Source: Candidatus Marinacidobacterium sp. (GTDB lineage Bacteria; Acidobacteriota; Vicinamibacteria; Marinacidobacterales; Marinacidobacteraceae). From it: a stretch of DNA of 64,000 nucleotides. Within the stretch, counting starts at the first letter, position 1. Each line of letters starts with the position of its first letter. The stretch spans positions 448,001-512,000 of the forward strand of contig OZ242011.1 of the NCBI GenBank assembly GCA_965204755.1. The letters run 5' to 3'. The translations under genes and the position numbers were made by a program. Shown here piece by piece: positions 29,557 to 37,834 of the stretch. The notes beneath the pieces are model-generated. The model searched no databases and was not told the origin of the DNA. It saw only the letters and a program-made list of their open reading frames with translations.

Positions 29557-31995
29557 TCACCGGCCCCGCCATTCCAGCCGGACGCGCGCGGCCCGGCCGA
29601 GCGGGCGGAAACCGCCGCTCTGGTAGGCGCCGTCGTCGAAGGCGTCCTCGACCACCGCGCGCAGCGTGAGCCCGGGGACGACTTCGAAGGAGGCCGCGAG
29701 GTCCAGCCGGCGCATTCCGGAGAAGCGGAAAACGCGGGTGGCGAAGGTCTCCGGATCGAAGACCGGCGCGTGGAGGGCGGAGGAGAGGTGGAGGTCCGCC
29801 GACCAGGCGAAGCGGGCCGACGGCGCGCCGGAGAGGAGCGCCCCGCCCTGGTGGAGCGGCAGCAGCCAGGCCGAAGGCAGTTCCGGCGGGGCGCCCTCCG
29901 GGGGGTCGGCGGCGGTGCGGGTGTAGGTCAGCCGGGCGCGGACCCGGCCCGGCAGGGCGAAGCCGAAGTCCGTCTCGAAGCCGCGCGCGGTCCCGGCGGA
30001 GTCGTTCCGGTAGCCCCCGGTCCGCCCGAAGGGGTCCGCCGCCGGGTCGAAGGAGCCGAAGGCGATGACCTGCGGGCGGCGGGAGTGGAACGCGGCGGCC
30101 CGAAGGCGCGCCCCGCCGTCCGCCGACTCCCAGGCGAAGCCGGCGTCCGTCGCGGAGGCGCGCTCCGGTTCGAGCGTCGGGTCGCCGAACACCGAGTAGC
30201 CGAACGCGGAGTACCAGGTCCCGAACCGCTCGTAGAGCGAGGGGGCGCGAAACCCCCGGCCCCAGGAGGCGTGGAGCGAGAGCCCGGGGCCGGCGGCGAC
30301 GGTGGCGGAGGCATCGGCGGTGAGGGCGGCGGCGCCCGGCGGCGGGACGGCGCCGGAGTAGGGGCTGCCCTCCCGGGGTTCGAGTTCCGGCGCCGCCGTG
30401 CGGAACCGGTGGAGGCGCAGCGCGCCCCGGAGCGAGGCGCGCCCCCCCGGCGTCCTCGCCTCCCCCTGGGCGAAGGCGGCGAGCGCGGACTGGCGCAGCC
30501 GGGCGGAGAACGCCGGATCCTCCGTCCGGGCGCGCTCCTGCTCCGCCTCGCCGCCGAGGAGCCAGCGGTAGGCGCCGCGGGCGACCTCGATCCGGGCGGC
30601 GCCGGAGCGGAGGCCGCCGGCGTAGGAGATCGTCTGCGCCTCCGGCGGGTCCCACGGGTTCCGGCCGGCCGGGCCGTCGGTGTTCTTCCGCCGCGTGGCC
30701 AAGTCGTGGAAGCGAAGGGTCCACGAGACATTCGGCGTCGGGTCGGCGGAGAGGGAGACCAGCGTGGAGAGCAGCCGCGTCCCCTGGACGGCGTCCGGGT
30801 CGGCCGCCGCCGGAATGAAGGTCGCGGAGCCGAAGTCCAGCGAGTCGGCGGACTCGCCCGCGTCGTAGCGCCGGAGGACTCCGGGAGCCGGGGCGGCCGC
30901 GGCGACGACGCCGGTCGCCGGGGCGGCGAACGGGAACGGCTCGTCGGAGAGTCCCACCTCGGCGTCCGAGAAGAAGGCCCGGCCCGAGAGACGGAGGCCG
31001 GAGGAGAACCGGCGGCCGAGGCGCAGGCCCGCCGTCCGGTTGCGGAACCGGTCGTCGCCGGTGGCGCCGTCCGAAACCCGGCGTTCGCCGAAGGAGGCGA
31101 ACACGCCGCCGCGCGGGCCGCCGGCGCCCCACTCCCCGGCGCCGGCCGCCTGCCCCGCGGTTCCGAGTTCGGCGAACAGCCGGCCGCCCTCCCCGCGGGC
31201 GCCCCGGCGGGTGACGACCTGCAGGACGCCGCCCATGGCGTTCGTGCCGTAGAGGGTGGCTCCGCCGCCCCGGCGGAGTTCCAGCCGCGCCACCCCCAGC
31301 AGGTCGAGCGACGGGAGGAGCGCCGCGCTGTCGCCGGTGATCGAGGCGGTGTCCCGGAGCGGCGCGCCGTCCACCACGACGGCGGTGGCGGAACCGGGGA
31401 GCCCGCGGACCTGGAGTTCGGCCACGGTTCCCGGCCCGCCGGTCTGCCGGAGCCAGACCCCGGCGAGGCCGCGCAGCGCCTCGACCGCCGCCCACTCCCC
31501 GCGGCCCCGCAGTTCGGCCGCGGTCAGGGCGTCCACCGACTGCCCGGACTCGCGCTCCGCCCGGGGAGCGAGGGCCGCGGAGACGACGACCGACTCCCGA
31601 TGCGCGGCGAAGCGCAGGACGAGTTCCACCGGGGGCCCGCCGGAGCGGTGGTCGGCCTCCACCGGCGAGGCGGCGGTGTCGCCGAGGGACGCCGACAGGA
31701 GGTAGCGGGCGGGCGGGAGGTCGGGGAACGCGGCGGCGCCGCTCCCGTCGGTGAGGGCGGCGGCGCGCTCCCCGCCGAGCACGGCGTCCGCGAAGACCCG
31801 GGCCCCGGCGGCGGGACGGCCGGCGGAGTCCCGGACGACCACGATGAGCGCGTCGGTAAGCGCGTCGGGGAGCGCGCCGGGAGCCGACTGCGCCGGCGCG
31901 GCGGCGGCCGCACCCGGGAGGGCGAGCGCGAAGAGGACCGCGCCGCCCCGGCGGCGCGGGAGGGAGAAGAAGCGCCCGAGAGGGTGCTGACGCAT
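29557..31995 (-). CDS. TonB-dependent receptor, probable vitamin B12 transporter (BtuB-like)
   Basis: Signal peptide, carboxypeptidase-regulatory-like N-domain, plug motifs (VRG..VVVDG, LYGTNAMGGV), GFRAPSL and LEPER; downstream of a B12 riboswitch. Confidence 0.85.
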   Translation of the reverse strand: MRQHPLGRFFSLPRRRGGAVLFALALPGAAAAAPAQSAPGALPDALTDALIVVVRDSAGRPAAGARVFADAVLGGERAAALTDGSGAAAFPDLPPARYLLSASLGDTAASPVEADHRSGGPPVELVLRFAAHRESVVVSAALAPRAERESGQSVDALTAAELRGRGEWAAVEALRGLAGVWLRQTGGPGTVAELQVRGLPGSATAVVVDGAPLRDTASITGDSAALLPSLDLLGVARLELRRGGGATLYGTNAMGGVLQVVTRRGARGEGGRLFAELGTAGQAAGAGEWGAGGPRGGVFASFGERRVSDGATGDDRFRNRTAGLRLGRRFSSGLRLSGRAFFSDAEVGLSDEPFPFAAPATGVVAAAAPAPGVLRRYDAGESADSLDFGSATFIPAAADPDAVQGTRLLSTLVSLSADPTPNVSWTLRFHDLATRRKNTDGPAGRNPWDPPEAQTISYAGGLRSGAARIEVARGAYRWLLGGEAEQERARTEDPAFSARLRQSALAAFAQGEARTPGGRASLRGALRLHRFRTAAPELEPREGSPYSGAVPPPGAAALTADASATVAAGPGLSLHASWGRGFRAPSLYERFGTWYSAFGYSVFGDPTLEPERASATDAGFAWESADGGARLRAAAFHSRRPQVIAFGSFDPAADPFGRTGGYRNDSAGTARGFETDFGFALPGRVRARLTYTRTAADPPEGAPPELPSAWLLPLHQGGALLSGAPSARFAWSADLHLSSALHAPVFDPETFATRVFRFSGMRRLDLAASFEVVPGLTLRAVVEDAFDDGAYQSGGFRPLGRAARVRLEWRGR

Positions 31996-32034
31996 GGAGA
32001 ACCATCCTTCCCAGCGAAGAGATCGCGGTTCGGG

Positions 32035-32262
32035 GCTTCCGGGCAGGTCTCCTGACTCACGGAACGGACGCCGGTCCGCGGCGTCCCCGCCCGATCCCCC
32101 CTTCCCCCCGGCTGGCAGCCGGGAGTGGGCGCCGCGCCCGCCGAAGCGGGGCGGCCCGGGTCGGGCCTCTCCGATCACAGTGGCGTGGGCCGTCCGGGAT
32201 TTCCACCCGGTTCCCTCTTCGTCCGACCGCCGGTTGCCCCGGCCGCCGGAAACCTGGAAGCC
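32035..32262 (-). promoter_or_regulatory. Cobalamin (AdoCbl) riboswitch
   Basis: Minus strand AGGGAA-CCGGGTGGAAATCCCGG-ACGGCCC..GCCACTGTG ... GGGAAG ... B12 box GAGTCAGGAGACCTGCC, closed by GGCTTCC/GGAAGCC. Confidence 0.92.
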
Positions 32263-32357
32263 AGACTTGTGTTGGAAGCGCGGAGGATAACGCCGCCCCC
32301 GGAGGCCGCCGCCCGGCCGGCCTGCGCCGCCGGAGGCTTCGCGTATCGTTCGCCTCC

Positions 32358-33614
32358 GTGGAAATCCCGGAGGCGCTGCGGCTCTCCGACCTCGACCTCC
32401 GCGGGAAGCGGTTGCTCCTCCGCTGCGACCTGAATGTCCCCCTCGAGTCCGGGCGGGTCGCGGACGACTTCCGGATCCGGGCGGCGCTTCCGGGGATCCG
32501 GGCCGCGCTGGAAGCCGGGGCGGCGGTGGTCGCGGCGACCCACCTGGGGCGGCCGAAAGGCCGGTTCGACGCCGCGCTGAGCGTCCGCCCGGTGGCGGAG
32601 CGCCTCGCCGGGTTGCTCCCGGCGCCGGTGCGGTTCCGCCCCGAGCCGGTCCGCCCCGGCGCCCGCCCCGCGGGCCGCCGGCCGGAGGAGCCCGCGCCGG
32701 GGGAGGCGCTCGTTCTGGAGAACCTGAGGTTCCACCCCGGCGAGGAGGCGAACGACCCGGACTTCGCCGCCGCGCTCGCGGCGTTCGGCGACGAGTACGC
32801 GAACGACGCCTTCGGCGCGGCGCACCGGCGGCACGCCTCGGTGGACGCCTGCGCCCGCCGGTTCCCCCGCGCGGCGGGCGGGCCGCTGCTGGAGCGCGAA
32901 GTCGCGGAACTCGGCGGCCTCCTGGGCTCGCCCCGCCGCCCGTTCGTCGCCGTCCTCGGCGGCGCGAAGATCTCGGACAAGGCCGCCGTGGTCGAGTCCC
33001 TCCTCGCGCGGGCCGACCGGGTGCTCCTCGGCGGGGCGATGGCCTACACCTTCCTCGCCGCCCGCGGCGTCCCCACCGGCCGATCCCTGGTGGAGCCGGA
33101 CCGCATCGCCGACGCCGCCCGGCTGCTGGCCCGCTGCGCCGATCGGCTCGAACTGCCGCTCGACCACCGCGCCGCCCCGGTTGACGGGTCGGCCGCCGGG
33201 GAGGAGCCCGCACCCTCGGTGTTCCCCGAAGCCGGCCTTCCCGGCGGCTGGAGGGGACTCGACATCGGCCCGGAGACCGCGGAGCGCTATGCCGCCGAAA
33301 TCGGGCGCGCGGCTACGGTTCTCTGGAACGGGCCGCTGGGACTCGCCGAGGATCCCCGTTTCGCCGGGGGCACGAACCGGATCGCCGCGGCGGTGGCCGA
33401 GGCCGCCGACCGGGGCGCGGCGACCGTCGTCGGCGGCGGGGACTCGCTCGCCGCTGTCCGCCGGGCCGGGTTCGCCGACCGGATCGGCCACCTCTCCACC
33501 GGCGGCGGCGCGGCGCTGGCCTTCCTCGCCGGCGAACCGCTCCCGGGCCTCGACGCCCTCGCCGGGAGCGGGCGCCGAACACCTCCAACCCCGCCCGAAA
33601 CACCGCCCGAATGA
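32358..33614 (+). CDS. pgk: Phosphoglycerate kinase
   Basis: R.DLNVP, THLGRP, LENLRF, NDAFGAAHR.HAS, GGAKISDK, STGGGA. Confidence 0.95.
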   Translation: MEIPEALRLSDLDLRGKRLLLRCDLNVPLESGRVADDFRIRAALPGIRAALEAGAAVVAATHLGRPKGRFDAALSVRPVAERLAGLLPAPVRFRPEPVRPGARPAGRRPEEPAPGEALVLENLRFHPGEEANDPDFAAALAAFGDEYANDAFGAAHRRHASVDACARRFPRAAGGPLLEREVAELGGLLGSPRRPFVAVLGGAKISDKAAVVESLLARADRVLLGGAMAYTFLAARGVPTGRSLVEPDRIADAARLLARCADRLELPLDHRAAPVDGSAAGEEPAPSVFPEAGLPGGWRGLDIGPETAERYAAEIGRAATVLWNGPLGLAEDPRFAGGTNRIAAAVAEAADRGAATVVGGGDSLAAVRRAGFADRIGHLSTGGGAALAFLAGEPLPGLDALAGSGRRTPPTPPETPPE

Positions 33615-34474
33615 CCGAACCCTCCTCCGACTCCCCATCCGAGTCCCCCGCCCCGGAGCGCGCGCCCTTCGTCGTCGGCAACTGGAAGATGAACCTGAAC
33701 CCCCCGGAGGCCGCGGCGCTCGCCCGGGTGGTCGCCGGCCGCCTCCGCCGCGAAGTCTTCCCGCCCGAGCCGGGCGAGGAGGGAGACAGCGCGCTCGAAG
33801 TGGGGCTCGCCCCGGCGTTCCCGGCGCTGGCCTCGGTCCGCGACGGGCTCTACGGCAGTCCGCTGCGGCTGGTCGCGCAGGATGTCTTCCCGGAGCCGGA
33901 CGGCGCCTTCACCGGCGCGGTCTCGGCGACGATGGCAGCCGCCTGCGGCTGCTCGATGGCGCTCGTCGGCCACTCGGAGCGCCGCCGGGTCTTCGGCGAA
34001 ACCGACGAAGTGGTGAAGCGGAAGGCGGAAGCGGCCCTCGCCGCCGGCCTCGACCCGATCCTCTGCGTGGGCGAAACCGAGGCCCAACGGGACGCCGGCG
34101 AGGCGGAGGCCGCCGTGGCGGCGCAACTCCGCGCGGTGCTGGAGGGGGCGCCGGAAGCGGCGCGTCCCCGCTTCACCTTGGCCTACGAGCCGGTCTGGGC
34201 CATCGGGACCGGCCGGACGGCGACCCCGGAGACCGCCGCCGGGATGCATCGGGCGATCCGCGCCGAGGCGGCCCGCCACCTCGGGGAGGCCGCGGCGCAG
34301 GCGATCCGGATTCTTTACGGGGGCTCGGTCAGCGGCGATAATGCCGCCGCTCTCTTGGAGAGCCCCGATGTGGACGGCCTGCTCGTCGGCGGCGCGAGCC
34401 TGACGGCCGATTCCTTCCTCGCCATCTGCGCCGCCGCCGCCGGCGAGCCGCAGCCGCCGGACTCCCCCCGATGA
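33611..34474 (+). CDS. tpiA: Triosephosphate isomerase
   Basis: GNWKMN, GHSERR, AYEPVWAIGTG, YGGSV, LVGGASL. Confidence 0.97.
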   Translation: MTEPSSDSPSESPAPERAPFVVGNWKMNLNPPEAAALARVVAGRLRREVFPPEPGEEGDSALEVGLAPAFPALASVRDGLYGSPLRLVAQDVFPEPDGAFTGAVSATMAAACGCSMALVGHSERRRVFGETDEVVKRKAEAALAAGLDPILCVGETEAQRDAGEAEAAVAAQLRAVLEGAPEAARPRFTLAYEPVWAIGTGRTATPETAAGMHRAIRAEAARHLGEAAAQAIRILYGGSVSGDNAAALLESPDVDGLLVGGASLTADSFLAICAAAAGEPQPPDSPR

Positions 34475-34884
34475 CCATCCTCCTGACCGCCTTCCATGTG
34501 CTGGTCTGCGTCTTCCTCATCCTGGTGGTGCTGACCCAGCAGGGCAAGGGACAGGACCTGGCGAGCGCGTTCGGCGGCGCCGGAACGCAGGCGGCCTTCG
34601 GCGCGCGCGGCACCGCGACGCTGCTCACCCGCGTCACCGCCGGCGCGGCGGCCATCTTCATGATCACCTCGCTGCTGCTCGGCTACATCAGTTCCGAGTC
34701 CGGCGAGCAGTCGGTGGTCGGCCCCGGCGGCGTAGCCGCGCCGGCCCCCGACCCGGCGGGCGAAACCCCGACGGACGCCGAGGCGGAGGACGACGCGGCC
34801 GCCCCGGAGGGCGAAACGGACGCCGAAGACGCCGGCGCGGGCGAAGAGCCCGAACCGCCCGATCCCGAGCCCGAGCCCCGATAG
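34471..34884 (+). CDS. secG: Preprotein translocase subunit SecG
   Basis: Two transmembrane segments with a Q.GKG..L..AFGG loop; follows tpiA. Confidence 0.9.
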   Translation: MTILLTAFHVLVCVFLILVVLTQQGKGQDLASAFGGAGTQAAFGARGTATLLTRVTAGAAAIFMITSLLLGYISSESGEQSVVGPGGVAAPAPDPAGETPTDAEAEDDAAAPEGETDAEDAGAGEEPEPPDPEPEPR

Positions 34885-34968
34885 AGATACCCCGCGTCCC
34901 CGGGAGTCGACCCGGGGGCGCGTCCGGGCGGGGCAAGTCGTCCCGCTCGGAGACCTTCGTCCGCTGGC

Positions 34969-35007
34969 GTGCTGTATGGCCATATGTTAGAGTGTGCTGT
35001 ATGGCCA
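34969..35007 (+). promoter_or_regulatory. Probable autoregulatory operator/promoter of the TA pair
   Basis: GTGCTGTATGGCCA direct repeat at 34969 and 34994; palindrome TATGGCCATA; TGnTAGAGT extended -10 lying 7 nt before the ATG. Confidence 0.55.
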
Positions 35008-35324
35008 GCATCACCAAGAAGTACACCTACTCCTTCGACCTCGACACCGCCGGCCGGGTCGAGGAACTCGCCGCGCACTGGGAGGTGTCCCGCACCGAGG
35101 CGCTGCGCCGCGCCATCCACACGGTCTCGAGCGCCGAGATGCCCCGCAACCGCGCGGCGCTCGAGGCGCTCCGCAGCCTCGCCCGCCACCCGCCGAGCCG
35201 GACCGACGAAGAAAGGGACGCCTGGTGCCGTGAAATCCGCCTCGAACGCGAGGCCTCCACCCGGAGGATGTTGGAGAAGGTGGGGGCGGCGATGGCGGCG
35301 CCGGACGAACCGGAAACGCCGTGA
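35001..35324 (+). CDS. Putative antitoxin (ribbon-helix-helix/CopG-like)
   Basis: YTYSFD..T..RVEELA..WEVSRTEALRRAI RHH pattern; overlaps the PIN gene by GTGA. Confidence 0.7.
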   Translation: MASITKKYTYSFDLDTAGRVEELAAHWEVSRTEALRRAIHTVSSAEMPRNRAALEALRSLARHPPSRTDEERDAWCREIRLEREASTRRMLEKVGAAMAAPDEPETP

Positions 35325-35728
35325 GGATCCACCTCGATACGAGTTTCCTGATCCAGGCATTGGAACCGGGTCATCGGAAGTACTCGCAACTCGAACACTG
35401 GCTTCTCGACGGTGTGGAAATCGAGGTCAGCGCCGTGGCTTGGGCCGAATTCTCGTGCGGACCCGTCACGGAAGCCGAGTGGCAGGCCGCCCGGCGCATC
35501 CTGCGACAACCCATCTCCATGACCGTCCGTGACGCCGAGGAAGCCGCCCGGCTCTTCAACCTCGCCGGCCGCCGCCGGGGATCGCTCGCCGACTGCATCA
35601 TCGCCGCCATGGCGATTCGGGCGGGCGCCCTCCTGGCCACCGTGGACATCGCCGACTTCCGCCGTTTCGAGGCCGCAGGACTCGAGATCGCCCCAAGCAG
35701 CGAGTCGCCCGCGGGGGCAGGCGAGTAA
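35321..35728 (+). CDS. PIN-domain VapC-type toxin
   Basis: LDTSFLI, WAEF, ADCIIAA.A, LAT.D..DF.RF. Confidence 0.88.
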   Translation: MRIHLDTSFLIQALEPGHRKYSQLEHWLLDGVEIEVSAVAWAEFSCGPVTEAEWQAARRILRQPISMTVRDAEEAARLFNLAGRRRGSLADCIIAAMAIRAGALLATVDIADFRRFEAAGLEIAPSSESPAGAGE

Positions 35729-35887
35729 CGCCGGGAAGCCCCGGGAGGTCCGCTGCCGGAGGATCCCCGACCGACCCCGAGGGTGCCCGACCGCCCGAGA
35801 CGACCTCCGCCGGTGGGAGGTCAGATCGAGAAACCCGGTTCGACCGATCGCCGGGTTCTGTCCGCCCGTGGAGTCGGCGGGAGAGCG

Positions 35888-35909
35888 CCCCGCCGGGGAC
35901 CCGGCGGGG
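35888..35909. terminator. GC hairpin between convergent vapC and tRNA-Leu
   Basis: CCCCGCCGG-ggac-CCGGCGGGG. Confidence 0.4.
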
Positions 35910-35969
35910 ACTTCCTGCCTCCAGGTAGAACGGCGAAGCCGGGGCGTTCTTCGCGCGGGCCGCTGACGG

Positions 35970-36055
35970 TGGTGCCGAAGGGGGGACTCGAACCCCCACG
36001 GGAGTGATCCCATACGCCCCTCAAGCGCACGTGTCTTCCATTCCACCACTTCGGC
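35970..36055 (-). tRNA. tRNA-Leu (anticodon GAG)
   Basis: Reverse complement GCCGAAG...TGGAATGG..anticodon loop TTGAGGG, long variable arm, GTTCGAGTC and encoded CCA. TATAAT upstream at 36104-36099. Confidence 0.95.
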
Positions 36056-36137
36056 AGCCGCGTTCCTCCGCGCGCCGGCGGCCCCGGACGGGCGCGGGAT
36101 TATAGGGCGCGGGCCGGTCGGGCCCGGCGGCGGCCGC

Positions 36138-36872
36138 CTACCGGCCCCGGCGGGCGGTGAGCAGGTGGTGCGGCGTCCCCTCGTCGTCCTCGACCCGTTC
36201 GACGGCGGAATCGGTGAACCCCAGACCCTCGAGCCACTCCAGGACCCGCGGGCTCCCGGCATGCACCGGATCCACGGTCTCCTCCTCGTGGTGGAAGCGG
36301 GTGTGGCGATGGTCCTCGGAGAACACCTCGTCCACCAGCAGCAGCCGGCCCCCCGGCGCGAGGACGCGCCGGACCTCCCGGAGCCCGGCCTCCGGGTCCG
36401 CCCAGTGGTGGAACGCGTTCACCGAGACGACCAGGTTCGCCCGTCCGTCCGGCGCCGGCAGGCGTTCCGCCGCGCCCCGGCGCGCCCGCACCCGGAGGCC
36501 CGACCGCAGCGCCCGCCACCGGGTGGTCAGCACGAACGGCCAGCCGGGATCCACCGCCAGCACCTCGACGCCCGGCGCCGCCGCGGCGAGCAGCGCCGCC
36601 GACTCCCCCGGGCCGCAGCCGATGTCCACGACGCGGTCGCCGGCCTCGACCCCGGCGCGGGCCACCGCCATCCGGTTCCACGCCCCGTGGTAGTGCCGGA
36701 CGGCGTAGCCGATCGCGGCGGTGGGGCGGAAGGACTTCCACCAGGGGCGGCGGCCGCCGCGGCGGCGGGCGTTCTTCGCGCGGTCTCGGGGTCCGGGCAC
36801 GGGCCGGAGAACAGTACGCGCAACCGCAGCCGGCCGGGGCGGCGGCGGGCCTGCGGGTATCGTTTCCACCAT
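36138..36872 (-). CDS. Class I SAM-dependent methyltransferase
   Basis: VVDIGCGPG, AERLP, FHHW, RVLAPGGRL. Start uncertain. Confidence 0.85.
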   Translation of the reverse strand: MVETIPAGPPPPRPAAVARTVLRPVPGPRDRAKNARRRGGRRPWWKSFRPTAAIGYAVRHYHGAWNRMAVARAGVEAGDRVVDIGCGPGESAALLAAAAPGVEVLAVDPGWPFVLTTRWRALRSGLRVRARRGAAERLPAPDGRANLVVSVNAFHHWADPEAGLREVRRVLAPGGRLLLVDEVFSEDHRHTRFHHEEETVDPVHAGSPRVLEWLEGLGFTDSAVERVEDDEGTPHHLLTARRGR

Positions 36873-36926
36873 GCCCGAAACCCCTCGGAAACCCGCTTGG
36901 AAACCCCCCCGGAAACCCCCGGCAGC

Positions 36927-37820
36927 GTGAGCACCGGACTGGTGTACCGCGAGGCGTTCCTGCGCCACCGCATCCGCCCGGGCCACCCGGAGTCCCCGGC
37001 GCGGCTGACCAGGATCCGGGAGGCGCTCGCCGCCGCCGGGCTCCTCGAGCAGTTGACGCCGGTGGAGAACTGGCCCGACCCGCTGGCGGCGATCCTCGGC
37101 CACCACCGGCGCGACCATGTGGACCGCATCCGGCGGATCCCGACCACCGGCGAGGTCGCGGAACTCGCGGTGGCCGGCGCCCTGGCCGCCGTCCGGGAAG
37201 TCTCCGCCGGAAGGCTGCGCAACGCCTTCTGCGCGATCCGTCCTCCCGGCCACCACGCGAACGACGCCGGCGAGGAGGAGGGGTTCTGCTTCTTCTCGAA
37301 CGCCGCGGTCGCGGCGAAGTACGCGCAGCGGGAATGCGGCCACGAACGCGTCCTGGTCGTGGACTGGGACTACCACCACGGGAACGGCACCCAGAACGCG
37401 TTCTACGACGACCCGAGCGTCCTGTTCTTCTCCACCCACAACCGGCACGACTATCCGGGCACCGGCGACCCGGCGATGACCGGCGCCGGCGAGGGCAGCG
37501 GAACGAACCTGAATGTCCACCTCGGCCCCGGCGCCACCGACCGCGACCTGCTGTCGTCCTGGGACCGCGCGCTGCTTCCCGCGGTCGAGCGGTTCCGCCC
37601 CGACTTCGTCCTGGTTTCCGCCGGTTTCGACAGCCGGCGCGACGACCTGCTGGGGACCTTCGAGGTGACCGACGACGCCTTCACCCGGATGACCCGGACG
37701 CTCATGGAAGTCGCCGACCACTACTGCGGCGGCCGGCTGGTCTCCCTGCTCGAAGGCGGCTACAACATCGACGGCCAGGCGCGCGCCGCCGCGGCGCATG
37801 TGGCCGCGCTGACCGACTGA
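36927..37820 (+). CDS. Histone deacetylase family amidohydrolase
   Basis: HPESPARL, RPPGHHA, GFC, DWDYHHGNGTQ, SAGFD, LEGGY. Confidence 0.93.
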   Translation: MSTGLVYREAFLRHRIRPGHPESPARLTRIREALAAAGLLEQLTPVENWPDPLAAILGHHRRDHVDRIRRIPTTGEVAELAVAGALAAVREVSAGRLRNAFCAIRPPGHHANDAGEEEGFCFFSNAAVAAKYAQRECGHERVLVVDWDYHHGNGTQNAFYDDPSVLFFSTHNRHDYPGTGDPAMTGAGEGSGTNLNVHLGPGATDRDLLSSWDRALLPAVERFRPDFVLVSAGFDSRRDDLLGTFEVTDDAFTRMTRTLMEVADHYCGGRLVSLLEGGYNIDGQARAAAAHVAALTD

Positions 37821-37834
37821 AGGGGATTCCTCCG

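Noticed and set aside
35729-35969. Series of hairpins downstream of the tRNA as a separate ncRNA
   Set aside because: Single copy, GC-rich, no recognisable motif; adequately explained as terminator-like structure between convergent genes.
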